This document shows, piece after piece, positions 10,240-20,082 of a stretch of DNA of 64,000 nt. A program made the position numbers and the translations under genes. How positions within the stretch are numbered: position 1 is the first letter of the stretch; each line of letters opens with the position of its first letter. The DNA is from a virus. The DNA lies in the IMG/VR virus record IMGVR_UViG_3300047548_001509, positions 18,783 through 82,782 of that record; one strand, 5' to 3'. A model generated the notes under the pieces. The model had not been told where the DNA came from. It made no database searches and was given only the letters and a program-made list of their open reading frames with translations.

Positions 10240-11123
10240 CCGTAAATTCTTGTTTTAGTTTTATAATTCTCAAATTCTTCAACACATTGATCATATGTAA
10301 AAAGTTTACCATCTCTATCTATATACGTATGGTTTCTGAAAATATTATAACCACATGACCAATATCCATCAGAAACATTATGTCTTGCCCAATATTTTGG
10401 AGCTAATATATACTCATTACGATCACTAATAAGTGTAGCAAAATATGGAAAGCTGGAATTTGAAAGTATTAAATACTTTGCATTTTTTATAATTGTAAAG
10501 TCGTCAGATATATTACCATGATAAATTATAAAATCAGGAAAAAACTGCTTAGCAGCTTCTGGATCATCTGTTACTACAACAAATCTCATTTTCGGGTTAA
10601 TGAATTTCATTTGTTTTATTGCATCTTCCCAGTACTGCTTTCTTAAAAAGAATCCACTTACTGCTTTATATTCACCCCCTCTAAAATTAATAATACATGT
10701 ATTATCATCAGCAAAGTTAAAATTATCCTTATCAGGCAATACTTGCAGCCAATCTTTTATTTCTTTTTTTCTATGTATAATCTTATTTTCAGATTGGAAT
10801 ATCCCATCAATTTTTGTATTGTCCGGTAACCTATTTAAATTGGGGTCGTCTATTGTTATATTTGCCCCGTTATAATATTGCCACTGCTCCTTATAATAAT
10901 ATTTTATACCATCGGGAAGAGTAGTCGGTGGTCCACCCTCTGGTCCGTCGCCACCTGATACGGGTATACCGCTATCTAACTTAATAAAGTCATTACATTT
11001 AAACTTATATGAATTCATTATGCCATATTCATACCCTAGGTCTTTTGCAATTACTCTTGTAGTTACATAACATGCTAATTGATTACCTAACCCCTGACCA
11101 TTATAAATTTCAGTTACTAACAT
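10236..11123 (-). CDS. GT11 alpha-1,2-fucosyltransferase-like
   Basis: GQGLGNQL, GIFQSE, INFRGGEY, LILSNSSF. Confidence 0.8.
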   Translation of the reverse strand: MLVTEIYNGQGLGNQLACYVTTRVIAKDLGYEYGIMNSYKFKCNDFIKLDSGIPVSGGDGPEGGPPTTLPDGIKYYYKEQWQYYNGANITIDDPNLNRLPDNTKIDGIFQSENKIIHRKKEIKDWLQVLPDKDNFNFADDNTCIINFRGGEYKAVSGFFLRKQYWEDAIKQMKFINPKMRFVVVTDDPEAAKQFFPDFIIYHGNISDDFTIIKNAKYLILSNSSFPYFATLISDRNEYILAPKYWARHNVSDGYWSCGYNIFRNHTYIDRDGKLFTYDQCVEEFENYKTKTRIYG

Positions 11124-12405
11124 ATCTTTTTAATATAGTCAATCCATTATTATTATCAAATTTTTCCACTAAGACCCATTCTTGTGTGTTAATTAATTCT
11201 TCAATAGGTTTCCATATTCCGTCTTTACCTTTTGTTTCACCACTAGTTGCGAATGTTGTGGTATCATGAAATATAATATACTTTTGAACTTTGTCTTTAT
11301 GGTTCTTAATTTCTTCTCTAATTTGATCTTCATCATGTAAAGTATCAATAAACAATAGATCACATTCTGGGATATTAACTGTTCTTGAATCTGATAACTT
11401 AAATTCAAAATCAATTCCGTTTTGTATACATAATGATTCAACGTCTTCTAATTTTGACGCTCCTGGTATAAACGAATATGAGTCAGGATGAGCAATATCA
11501 ACAGAAACCATTCTTTGAGGCTTACCGGCAAGGAATGCCCATGTTGATACAATAGATCTCATCCCTAGCTCCACTATAGTTTTACACTTTGATGCGTAAA
11601 ATGTTAGAGTATCTAGATGTTCTCTTATATCTATTGCCGCTGTTGGGTGTCTCTTTAAGAACAATACCTTTTGTTCGAATTCATTCATCTTACTCAGTAT
11701 GTACTCTTGTTCTTTTTTCTTAACATCTTCTGTTATTAGTGTATTTGTTACTTGTCCAGACCATAAAGTATTAACAATGCTGTCATGCTCAATAACGACA
11801 GGTTTACCATATTTGATAAACATTCGATGGTAAAATTCAGTATCCATGTACCATATTAAATTTCCATCAAAAAAGTTACCCTCATTTGGAAATACAATAC
11901 AAGAAGGAGGTCCTATGGTATTATTACCAGACTGTATATCAGCATTATAATATGGTGTTCTGTGTCTAAAATGTTCACCATTACTCATATGATAATGGTG
12001 ATAGCTTTGAATGGCCCAACATTTGATGTTATTATCTATAACATCAAAAATATAACTCAGAGCTTTATTATTACTAAAATAATCATCCTGGAATATAGGC
12101 TTGATATAATCACCTTTACTATTTTTGATACAATTATTAATATTGTGTGATGAAGAACCCCTTTGTTCAGTATTTTTTACATAATTAATAGCAAGAGCTT
12201 TCTTGCCAATATAATCATCAACAAGTTTATATATTCTATCATCTTCAGAATGGTCACTTATTACAATTTCTGTTCGATATCTTTGATCATCAGATACTAA
12301 TTGAGTTACAATCGATTGAAGAAGAATATCTAAAAATGTAGTACCAGATCCATGCATTTCATAGCACGGAATACAAATTGATAATGTTGGTTTTAATTTT
12401 TCCAT
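11110..12405 (-). CDS. GT2 glycosyltransferase fused to Methyltransf_24-like domain
   Basis: N-term SICIPCYEM, ISDHS, FQDD; C-term IVELGMR, DLLFIDTLH, IIFHDT. Confidence 0.8.
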   Translation of the reverse strand: MEKLKPTLSICIPCYEMHGSGTTFLDILLQSIVTQLVSDDQRYRTEIVISDHSEDDRIYKLVDDYIGKKALAINYVKNTEQRGSSSHNINNCIKNSKGDYIKPIFQDDYFSNNKALSYIFDVIDNNIKCWAIQSYHHYHMSNGEHFRHRTPYYNADIQSGNNTIGPPSCIVFPNEGNFFDGNLIWYMDTEFYHRMFIKYGKPVVIEHDSIVNTLWSGQVTNTLITEDVKKKEQEYILSKMNEFEQKVLFLKRHPTAAIDIREHLDTLTFYASKCKTIVELGMRSIVSTWAFLAGKPQRMVSVDIAHPDSYSFIPGASKLEDVESLCIQNGIDFEFKLSDSRTVNIPECDLLFIDTLHDEDQIREEIKNHKDKVQKYIIFHDTTTFATSGETKGKDGIWKPIEELINTQEWVLVEKFDNNNGLTILKRYVSN

Positions 12406-13205
12406 GTCTTAATATAATTTTCTAATTCTTCTTTTGTGCAGTGACCAACAAATTCACTATGTTGGTAATTTTGTTGATAGAACGGGTGTTTTTCTCTCAC
12501 TGTATTATCATGTGGTAGATGCCAAGCGATCGCCTTTGGGTCTTTAACTCTCTCAAGTTCGAATCCGAGCTTTGTATATCTATTCGATATTTCGTCATCT
12601 TCAAATCCCCAACCAATAAAATTCGTATTATACCCACCGCAATACTCGAATGCTTCTCTAGAAAACATAACAGAACCACCTTTACTCATTGGATGAGCTA
12701 CAAGAAAATTTTCTGTTTCAAAATATGGCACTGGCTTTAGAGTATGTATTAAATCTTCAAGTGGTGTAATATCAAGTGTTTTATCAAATTCTTCACTATT
12801 ATGTTTCTTGAGATGAACAAACATCCCACTGTATGGATAAACAACACCAACTTTTGGATTTTGTTCAAATATCTTTATTGCGTCTAGAATATATTTTGGA
12901 TTTATAAAGACATCTGTATCACCAGCAATGAGATATTTTCTTTTTGAGAACTTCGCTGCTTCGTTAAACGCTTTTGTTCTCCAGTAAGTACCACTATTTT
13001 GCTGAAATAGTACCCAACAATTATATGTTCTATGAAGCCTATCAAGATCTGGATCTATATCTTTATCATCATTAACAATAATAATGCTGAGGTTGGGTGC
13101 ATATTTTCTATAGAACTTCATTACAGTTTCCAAATTAGTAAGACGTTGTTCAACATCTCTTCTAAAATGAATCATTAATGCTACATCACTTAAGTCAATT
13201 TTCAT
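12393..13205 (-). CDS. GT2/GT7 galactosyltransferase-like
   Basis: RTKAFN, GDTDV (DxD), GGYNTNFIGWGFEDDE. Confidence 0.8.
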   Translation of the reverse strand: MKIDLSDVALMIHFRRDVEQRLTNLETVMKFYRKYAPNLSIIIVNDDKDIDPDLDRLHRTYNCWVLFQQNSGTYWRTKAFNEAAKFSKRKYLIAGDTDVFINPKYILDAIKIFEQNPKVGVVYPYSGMFVHLKKHNSEEFDKTLDITPLEDLIHTLKPVPYFETENFLVAHPMSKGGSVMFSREAFEYCGGYNTNFIGWGFEDDEISNRYTKLGFELERVKDPKAIAWHLPHDNTVREKHPFYQQNYQHSEFVGHCTKEELENYIKTWKN

Positions 13206-14041
13206 ATCTTATACCAAAAAGGGTCGTATAAATCATCTGTATCTTGAGGCCCGTTTGCTCCAAACCATTTTTTTGGAGCAACAACTGAATTACCTCGGTG
13301 TTTTCCTAAAAACGCACCCCACCATGAGAATGTACTGTTACTTATAATTAGTCTCTTACACATTGAGAGTGTATATAGATCTTGTAGCTCAGTACTACCT
13401 TCTGTTGAATAATATTTGTGACAAACAGTAGAGTTAAAAATATTTTCTTCATTTAGTGAATACCAATCATCACAACAAATTATAATATTATCAACAACAT
13501 AATCAAGAGTTAGTGTGTTAGAACTATCAAGATAGTGAATAGCTTTATCGTAATAATCACGATTTAGACAGGGATGTATATTTTCATAATGAACATAATC
13601 ACCTCTTCTAACATGACAACCGATAATTGTTGCTGGGTCTAATTTTTCAGTTATCTTATTCCACTTCTCTTTATCGTTATCAGAGAAATAAAATAATTCT
13701 CTTACCTCTTCACGACATTCTTGGAAATATTTTTCTGATTGCCAATAACCGTCAATAAGTATGTCTCCCTCAATTTTAGGAAGTTCTTGATATACAAATC
13801 CTTTCTCAATTACTGACTGTTTGGGTACTATATCAGTTGTTGGAATATTTTTGAATATAGTACTTTTATATTTGTCTGGGGACTTTCCTTGACCACCATG
13901 GTGTGGAATGTTATAATTAATTGCAAATTCAGTACCCAATTGTTTCGCATATGCATAAGCACATGCTATCTGAAACATTTGATTACCTAATCCACCTTTA
14001 AGATTTGGTACTACCATATTTTTGCTTAATGAATTTAACAA
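13202..14041 (-). CDS. GT11 alpha-1,2-fucosyltransferase-like
   Basis: GGLGNQMFQ, GYWQSEKYF, HVRRGDY, IISNSTFSWWGA, PKKWF. Confidence 0.9.
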   Translation of the reverse strand: MLNSLSKNMVVPNLKGGLGNQMFQIACAYAYAKQLGTEFAINYNIPHHGGQGKSPDKYKSTIFKNIPTTDIVPKQSVIEKGFVYQELPKIEGDILIDGYWQSEKYFQECREEVRELFYFSDNDKEKWNKITEKLDPATIIGCHVRRGDYVHYENIHPCLNRDYYDKAIHYLDSSNTLTLDYVVDNIIICCDDWYSLNEENIFNSTVCHKYYSTEGSTELQDLYTLSMCKRLIISNSTFSWWGAFLGKHRGNSVVAPKKWFGANGPQDTDDLYDPFWYKI

Positions 14042-14810
14042 CTTCTTCTTCTGGTGTATCTTTTACGCCTTCAGGTCCAAAAGGTAAGACACCAAACTGC
14101 TCTTTAAAGAGCTGCATTGATTGTTGTATGTTACTTACCCATTTATCATGTTGCTCTGGTGTCTTTATAGATGATGATTCTTCAGAGCATTTTTGTTCTC
14201 TAATATAATCTGTTGACTTCCATACATCTGACCACCACCAATATGGTGTAGATAATCCATTAAGTGCAAGCTTATATGAGTGTGATACATGATCAAATGC
14301 GTTTTTATACTTTTCATCTATTAATCCTGTTTGAACTAAAGACCCTCTTGTATAGTAACAAAATGCTCCAACGCAATGTCTGTTTAAGGCTAATTTAGTA
14401 TCTTCTGAATATTCTAAAATTAATCGAGGAGCCGGAGAACCTTTTGATATATTATTTTTGTTGGCTGGCCCATGGTAACCAAACATTAAATGCTGTATGC
14501 CTGTTTCTTTTGATGTGTTAATATATTTATCAAAAATATCTTCGCGAAGAAGTTCCATGTCATCTTCTATGATGAATATATGTTCACATTTTTTATCAAT
14601 TAGGTATTTTAGAGCTTCGTTTTTACTTCCACCCACACCAACATTTGTCAGATGATTTATCGTTTTACAGTCGTATATTTCTTCTAGTGGAGACCCATCA
14701 TTAATTATAATGAGTTCATCTACTTTATTTTTTGGAATAGAATTATAACAGACCTTTAACATATCTGGTCTATTACAAGTGATTATCCCAACACCAACCT
14801 TTTCAATCAT
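13998..14810 (-). CDS. GT2 glycosyltransferase
   Basis: GIITCNR, IINDGS, NVGVGGSKN, IEDD. Confidence 0.8.
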   Translation of the reverse strand: MIEKVGVGIITCNRPDMLKVCYNSIPKNKVDELIIINDGSPLEEIYDCKTINHLTNVGVGGSKNEALKYLIDKKCEHIFIIEDDMELLREDIFDKYINTSKETGIQHLMFGYHGPANKNNISKGSPAPRLILEYSEDTKLALNRHCVGAFCYYTRGSLVQTGLIDEKYKNAFDHVSHSYKLALNGLSTPYWWWSDVWKSTDYIREQKCSEESSSIKTPEQHDKWVSNIQQSMQLFKEQFGVLPFGPEGVKDTPEEEVVKFIKQKYGSTKS

Positions 14811-14825
14811 TACATTATAATAGAG

Positions 14826-14833
14826 ACTAAATA
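14826..14833 (+). promoter_or_regulatory. Late promoter (ACTAAATA) heading the 14844-19974 cassette
   Basis: TAAATA core 10 nt before ATG at the strand switch. Confidence 0.6.
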
Positions 14834-14843
14834 ATGTAAATCC

Positions 14844-15182
14844 ATGTCTAAATTTACCAAAATACTAGAAAACGCTGATCCTCAACTGCAAGATAATGAT
14901 GATATGAAGCTCCTAAATGCTCTTCATAAAGTATGTAACGGTTTAGGATATAATTGCAGCCTTGAAGGTAGTACATTAACCATTTCCCTCACAGAAGAAG
15001 AACAAGAAACACAAGCTGATATGATAAGTACAATATCTGCAATTGCACAGCTTCCGGACCAGGGAATGGGGAAGCAGTTAATGTCTGCAACAGCACGTAA
15101 GCTTCAAATGGCAAAACGAAAGATGGCAGACGGAGCTGAAAAAATTGCAGATAAATTTCTTAGAGCAGCTTCTCAGCGTTAA
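14844..15182 (+). CDS. Hypothetical protein, possible internal head protein
   Basis: N-terminus MSKFTKILE resembles T4 capsid-targeting sequence. Confidence 0.55.
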   Translation: MSKFTKILENADPQLQDNDDMKLLNALHKVCNGLGYNCSLEGSTLTISLTEEEQETQADMISTISAIAQLPDQGMGKQLMSATARKLQMAKRKMADGAEKIADKFLRAASQR

Positions 15183-15185
15183 TTT

Positions 15186-15527
15186 ATGAAATCAAAAACC
15201 GTACAGCTAATAAACACTTTTTTTGAACAGGTTGATCCATCACAGGTGCAACCTGATGATAATTTAATGCCTGATGCAACTAATGTTCAAGATACAGAAG
15301 AAGTTTCAAATGAAATTACTGCAAATCAAATTGTAAATCTTGCAACAATAATGAGAGATTTTATTGTTAATATGTCTCAATTTGGTAATAAATTAGATAC
15401 TGATGAGGTTGCAAGACTATCTGGAGATAAAATAACAGCAGAAAATGCAATGCAAAAAATCTCAGAATATTCAAGAATTGCGACTAGTAAGCAACCTGAC
15501 ATGGGTGTAAATATTCCATTAACATGA
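15186..15527 (+). CDS. Hypothetical acidic protein, possible internal head protein
   Basis: 113-aa ORF, N-term ...INTFFE. Confidence 0.55.
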   Translation: MKSKTVQLINTFFEQVDPSQVQPDDNLMPDATNVQDTEEVSNEITANQIVNLATIMRDFIVNMSQFGNKLDTDEVARLSGDKITAENAMQKISEYSRIATSKQPDMGVNIPLT

Positions 15528-16960
15528 TCAATACATTATATGACAGAATGGTTTCAACACAACCAACAAAATCATTAGTAGACGCATATAAGTCTATTAA
15601 TGAAGCAACAGTTGTTGTAGATTTTGGTCAAGGTCATATTAAGCAATTAGAAGTAGATAATAATGTTGCTCGTGAAATATTATCACATAGTCAGAAAATT
15701 ACCACCGACTATGATAATCTAATTGATGAGTGGATTAAGACCGGGGGGTGGAATACATCTGAAGAGATTAATATTATCAAACCAATAATCATCAAAGCTC
15801 TTGAAGGTAGTATAAGATTAACAAACAGGGGTGTTTTCTCACAGGTCATAAAAGAGATACAAAAGCTAACTAAGTTAAAGCCATCTCTTACAAATTTCGA
15901 AAGTAAGTTTCACTCAAAAAACTTTCTTGCGTTTATTGAAGATCTACGTACAAAGCACGATATTAAGATCATCACTAATCCTTCGGTAGTTTCTGTTATC
16001 AAAAATTCTAAGTTTCTGGTTGGTACCGTATCAGTAGGCCCTGGAGAATTATTAATCACTTTATTTTCTGGTTCACAAAAATCTGACATCGGTGATATTA
16101 AATTACTAAACGGTCAGATGGTTGAAATTAAAGGATCTGGTGGTAGAGCTGGTAAAGGCCCATGGAATGATAGGGCTCTAAAATCAGCTGCTGATATAGC
16201 AGGACTACTAAAAAATAATACATATATACAGCAACACCTTTCCAACATTACAACAAAAATCAGTAAAGTTGCAAAAAATTTATCTTCCAAATTATCTAAG
16301 TTTACTCCTGGAACAAAACAAATTGTGGGTAAAAATGACGCTGTAAGAATTAAAGCATTAATAGACTATATCTATTATAATGCTAATAATTTACATCAAA
16401 AAAATATTGAGAAGATTGTATCTTTTAATCATCTCAAGCCTGAGAACCTCAGAAATGCAAGTAGTTATTTCACCCAAACTCTAAACATTAATATTCTTCC
16501 AGAGCTTCAAAATCTAATCAATGATTTGAATTTGCTATTCAAAGATAGGACACAGGGTGGCCAGACAGCAATGTTCAGACAATTTTTTGAATTGTTTAAT
16601 CATAGTACAGGTTCAAAACCTATTGAAGAACTAACAAAAATTATTTCTCAGTATTCAATGAGACCAGAAGTAGTTACAAAAGATATCAAAAAATATCTAA
16701 GCTCTAATTTTGGCTCTATACCTATTGAGAGACTTGCAAGTCAAATAATAGCATCACTACAATTAACAGATTATCAAAATAAAGAAAAATTTACATATCT
16801 GCTTTTCTACGATAAATTTTCAGACAAGCAGCTCGTAATTGGGGAGTTTACAGATGATTATCATGACAACTTTAAAAAGATATTAACTAAGTCAAAATTC
16901 TTCAATGTTGATCCAACTATTGTCAGAGGTGATGGATTTGGTATTACTATTAATATATGA
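15524..16960 (+). CDS. Hypothetical protein with PD-(D/E)XK-like motif
   Basis: GPGELL...GDIKL....VEIKG fits E...D...ExK spacing. Confidence 0.45.
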   Translation: MINTLYDRMVSTQPTKSLVDAYKSINEATVVVDFGQGHIKQLEVDNNVAREILSHSQKITTDYDNLIDEWIKTGGWNTSEEINIIKPIIIKALEGSIRLTNRGVFSQVIKEIQKLTKLKPSLTNFESKFHSKNFLAFIEDLRTKHDIKIITNPSVVSVIKNSKFLVGTVSVGPGELLITLFSGSQKSDIGDIKLLNGQMVEIKGSGGRAGKGPWNDRALKSAADIAGLLKNNTYIQQHLSNITTKISKVAKNLSSKLSKFTPGTKQIVGKNDAVRIKALIDYIYYNANNLHQKNIEKIVSFNHLKPENLRNASSYFTQTLNINILPELQNLINDLNLLFKDRTQGGQTAMFRQFFELFNHSTGSKPIEELTKIISQYSMRPEVVTKDIKKYLSSNFGSIPIERLASQIIASLQLTDYQNKEKFTYLLFYDKFSDKQLVIGEFTDDYHDNFKKILTKSKFFNVDPTIVRGDGFGITINI

Positions 16961-17676
16961 TCAAATTTAAAGACTTTTTTTTACTCAAAGAAGGTGGTAA
17001 TGTTTTTAAAACACACCCAACCTCGAGAATTTCTCTCCAACATATACCTCAAACACTCAGTTTTTTGAGTAGTATTGTTGGGTGGGACGTATCTAAGAAT
17101 TTATTAGGTTCAACAGGTAAAAAACCAACATCAGGAGACATTGATATTGCTGTTGATCAGCAAAAAATATCAAAGAAAAATTTTGAACAACTTTTAATAA
17201 AGTGGTGTGAAGATAGAAATTTAAATCCGAAAGATTATGTTGCAAAATCTGGTATAAGTGTACATTTTAGAACACCAATTGCAAATACAGAAGATTTTGT
17301 ACAGACAGATTTCATGTTTTACGATGATGTAAATTTTGCTCAATTTGCAGCGAGTAATGATGAGACACCTCCTCTAAAGGGTGTTCATCGCCATATGGTA
17401 CTCTCAAATTTGGCAAAAAATTTGGGATATAAATGGTCTGTCACTGCAGGGTTAAAAAGTAGACAAACGGATCAAGTTATTGAGTCACATAATCCAGATA
17501 ATGTTGCTCGACTCATTTTAAATGATAAAAGTGCGACAGCTAAAAATATTATAAACATACCAGCAATCTTTGAATTTCTAAAGCGTAAATATAGTGTTGA
17601 TATGATTCAAGATATGGTTAGAGAAGCTCATGATACAATTTTAAAAGAAGGGATAGATATATATGATCAGCTTTAA
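16957..17676 (+). CDS. Pol-beta superfamily nucleotidyltransferase
   Basis: LLGSTGKKPTSGDIDIAV (hGS..DhD) and VQTDFM third Asp. Confidence 0.75.
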   Translation: MIKFKDFFLLKEGGNVFKTHPTSRISLQHIPQTLSFLSSIVGWDVSKNLLGSTGKKPTSGDIDIAVDQQKISKKNFEQLLIKWCEDRNLNPKDYVAKSGISVHFRTPIANTEDFVQTDFMFYDDVNFAQFAASNDETPPLKGVHRHMVLSNLAKNLGYKWSVTAGLKSRQTDQVIESHNPDNVARLILNDKSATAKNIINIPAIFEFLKRKYSVDMIQDMVREAHDTILKEGIDIYDQL

Positions 17677-18646
17677 GAGTTTTTTTATTGAAAATAATAT
17701 TGGTGATCGTGTTGGTATACAACATTTGTATTCAGATTATAAACCAACAGAATACTCTATGTCTTTCGAAAACCTGGAGACTCTTATAGATTCTCTCAAA
17801 ATGTCAAGGGGGCTTATACAGCCTGGTAATTCACAGTTATCTGAAAAAGCTGATGGTATGGCTGTTAAATTTGGATTAGATCCTAATTTTAATTTCTTTC
17901 TTCAGTCTAGTTATAGTGGTCCTGTTTTTGATGGTAATTTTGATGGTAAAATAAAACATCCACCTACAAAAGTGGCTTTTGAAGAAGAGTTTCCAAAACT
18001 TAAAAAGCTTATATCACCGGTATTAAAAAGAATAGCTAAACAACACAAATTAAAAGGAATAAGGGTGAACTGTGAATGGTTATACTCTCCATTTGCTATT
18101 CATAGAGAAAATAAACCTGGGTTTGTTTATTTTGTCGCAACAAATTATAGTTTGGATAAGATTGGTAAGTGGTCAACTTTTCCAATTATTAACGCAACAG
18201 ACTTTCAGGGTAATCCTATTGATGATAGTATTTTTACTGAAATTGTACACAGCTTAAGTAGCTTATCAAATGATGACATTAAATTTGTAGATCTCAATGT
18301 AGTAGAGTTTCCTGTTATTGATTTACGTGCTGAAACTATTGAAGCTGAAAAAGTTATAAACTCTTTCAAACTTAATAATCCGGATTACGAAGAGGTATTA
18401 TATTCGGGTTCTAGAAAACGTGAAGACCATGTTAAGAAAAAACAAATGAGACAAAGTCTTATTAATTCACTCTTACACATCCAAAAAGCAATGCATGTTA
18501 AAATACAAGAGGTTATTACAAATATTGAAGGTAAGCTTGGTGAGTACGAAGGTATGGTGTTTAAACTACAGACACCATCAGGTAAGCCATTTTTGTTTAA
18601 AGTTATATCACCATCTTTTCACGAACAAAAAGGGAGAACTATATGA
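17663..18646 (+). CDS. ATP-dependent ligase-fold (RNA ligase-like) protein
   Basis: Motif I SEKADG, III VNCEWL, IV EGMVFK, V FKVIS. Confidence 0.65.
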   Translation: MISFKSFFIENNIGDRVGIQHLYSDYKPTEYSMSFENLETLIDSLKMSRGLIQPGNSQLSEKADGMAVKFGLDPNFNFFLQSSYSGPVFDGNFDGKIKHPPTKVAFEEEFPKLKKLISPVLKRIAKQHKLKGIRVNCEWLYSPFAIHRENKPGFVYFVATNYSLDKIGKWSTFPIINATDFQGNPIDDSIFTEIVHSLSSLSNDDIKFVDLNVVEFPVIDLRAETIEAEKVINSFKLNNPDYEEVLYSGSRKREDHVKKKQMRQSLINSLLHIQKAMHVKIQEVITNIEGKLGEYEGMVFKLQTPSGKPFLFKVISPSFHEQKGRTI

Positions 18647-19188
18647 ACTTCAAAACATTCTTCGAAAATTATAAACAAAAATCCATCGCCGTTTTTCCCG
18701 GGGGTTCAAAACCCCCACATAAAGGTCACTTTAAAGCTCTTGAATATCTCCTTCAAACATGTGATGAAGGGGTTGTGTACATTGGTAACCAAGTGAGAGA
18801 CGGTATAACAGCTGCAATGGCTGAGCAAATTTGGGAAATTTATAAGAAGTATCTTCCGGTACCAGTAAGTGTATATATCTCCCCAGTAACACCCGTTAAA
18901 TCTGTATATGATTTTGCTGATAACAATTTAGATAAACGAATCGTTGTTGGAGCAGGGGATAAAGATGATGATATTAAGCGGTATGCATACTTTATGAAGA
19001 ATGTTCAGAAGTATCCTTTCGTTGAAGTTGTAAAGATTCCAATTCAAGAAGGTGGTATTTCTGGTTCAGTAACCCGACAAAGAATACAATCTGGTGATCC
19101 AAATGTTGTGGATTATTTTGTCCCTGATGTTGTATCTCCAGAAGATCGTGAAAAAATTAAACAAATTTTAGGACTAAATAGTAGATGA
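18643..19188 (+). CDS. HIGH-family cytidylyl/adenylyltransferase-like
   Basis: FPGGSKPPHKGH and ISGSVTR (SxS..R) motifs. Confidence 0.8.
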   Translation: MNFKTFFENYKQKSIAVFPGGSKPPHKGHFKALEYLLQTCDEGVVYIGNQVRDGITAAMAEQIWEIYKKYLPVPVSVYISPVTPVKSVYDFADNNLDKRIVVGAGDKDDDIKRYAYFMKNVQKYPFVEVVKIPIQEGGISGSVTRQRIQSGDPNVVDYFVPDVVSPEDREKIKQILGLNSR

Positions 19189-19550
19189 CCAGAAAAGAGA
19201 TCAATACAATGGGTAAACTTTATGAGTCTGTTGTTTTTGTTGCAAAACAACAAGACCTATCAAGCGAGCCTTCCCCTGCTGATAAATTTCATACACAGTT
19301 AAAGTCAGTTCTTGGTCAAACAACAAATCCAGATGAATGTGGTGACCCAGGAGATATTGAATTAGCTTTATCCGACTTAAAAAAACTTCATGAATACTCC
19401 AAAAAACTGCACTCTTTAATTCAAAATAAACAAGATGTTGATGGGTGGATGCAATCAAAAATTACTAAAGCAGCTGATTATGTTTCAGAAGTCTATCATC
19501 GTTTAGATTCTATAGAATCAGAAGGAGATATGTGTTGTGATGAATTTTAA
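19185..19550 (+). CDS. Hypothetical phage protein
   Basis: WMQSKITKAADYV motif seen in T4-like phage proteins; own ACTAAATA at 19173-19180. Confidence 0.6.
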   Translation: MTRKEINTMGKLYESVVFVAKQQDLSSEPSPADKFHTQLKSVLGQTTNPDECGDPGDIELALSDLKKLHEYSKKLHSLIQNKQDVDGWMQSKITKAADYVSEVYHRLDSIESEGDMCCDEF

Positions 19551-19974
19551 AGAATTCTACATTGAAAAAACAATTATTGGGCTCGTTGAAGAAATAACAA
19601 TTGACGAGCTTGGTCCTGTTCCATGTAAGGTTGATTCAGGTAATGGTGCTTATAATGTTCTTCATGGTGAAAATATTAGACATGGATCTGGAACAGTAAA
19701 GTTTGATACTGTTCATAATAAAACTCTTCAAAAAGATGTTGTTGATACTATTGTTATCAATGTTGGAGCTGGTAATACAGAAGAGAGACCCATAGTACTG
19801 TTCGATATCAAGCTTGGTGATAAGGTGTTTAAGAATGTAAAATTCTCTATTGGTAATAGAACCACAAACGAATATCCTGTATTAATCGGTGCTACATTTA
19901 TCAAAGAACTTGACGCGCTTATTGATATTTCCCAAAAAAATATATTTTCTCAAAATTTGACAGTTGATTTATAA
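19537..19974 (+). CDS. RimK-associated retropepsin-like protease ('ATP-dependent Zn protease' family); ATG at 19540
   Basis: IGLVE, CKVDSGN (DxG), EERPIV, NR...YPVLIG. Confidence 0.75.
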   Translation: MMNFKEFYIEKTIIGLVEEITIDELGPVPCKVDSGNGAYNVLHGENIRHGSGTVKFDTVHNKTLQKDVVDTIVINVGAGNTEERPIVLFDIKLGDKVFKNVKFSIGNRTTNEYPVLIGATFIKELDALIDISQKNIFSQNLTVDL

Positions 19975-19984
19975 TCCGCGGAGA

Positions 19985-20079
19985 CTAACTATTCTTAGAA
20001 TAAGAAAATTGGGAAGCTGGGAAGCCAAAAGCAAAAACAGTATTTCAGTTGTTTTTCATAAATTCTAATAAATAGTTAG
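19985..20079 (+). repeat. Imperfect inverted repeat overlapping a late promoter
   Basis: CTAACTATTCTTAGAAT (19985-20001) pairs with ATTCTAATAAATAGTTAG (20062-20079), which contains AATAAATA. Confidence 0.65.
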
Positions 20080-20082
20080 AAT

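Noticed and set aside
16957-17676. CBASS cyclase call for the nucleotidyltransferase
   Set aside because: Only the generic Pol-beta motif is visible; no Cap effector or ancillary genes nearby
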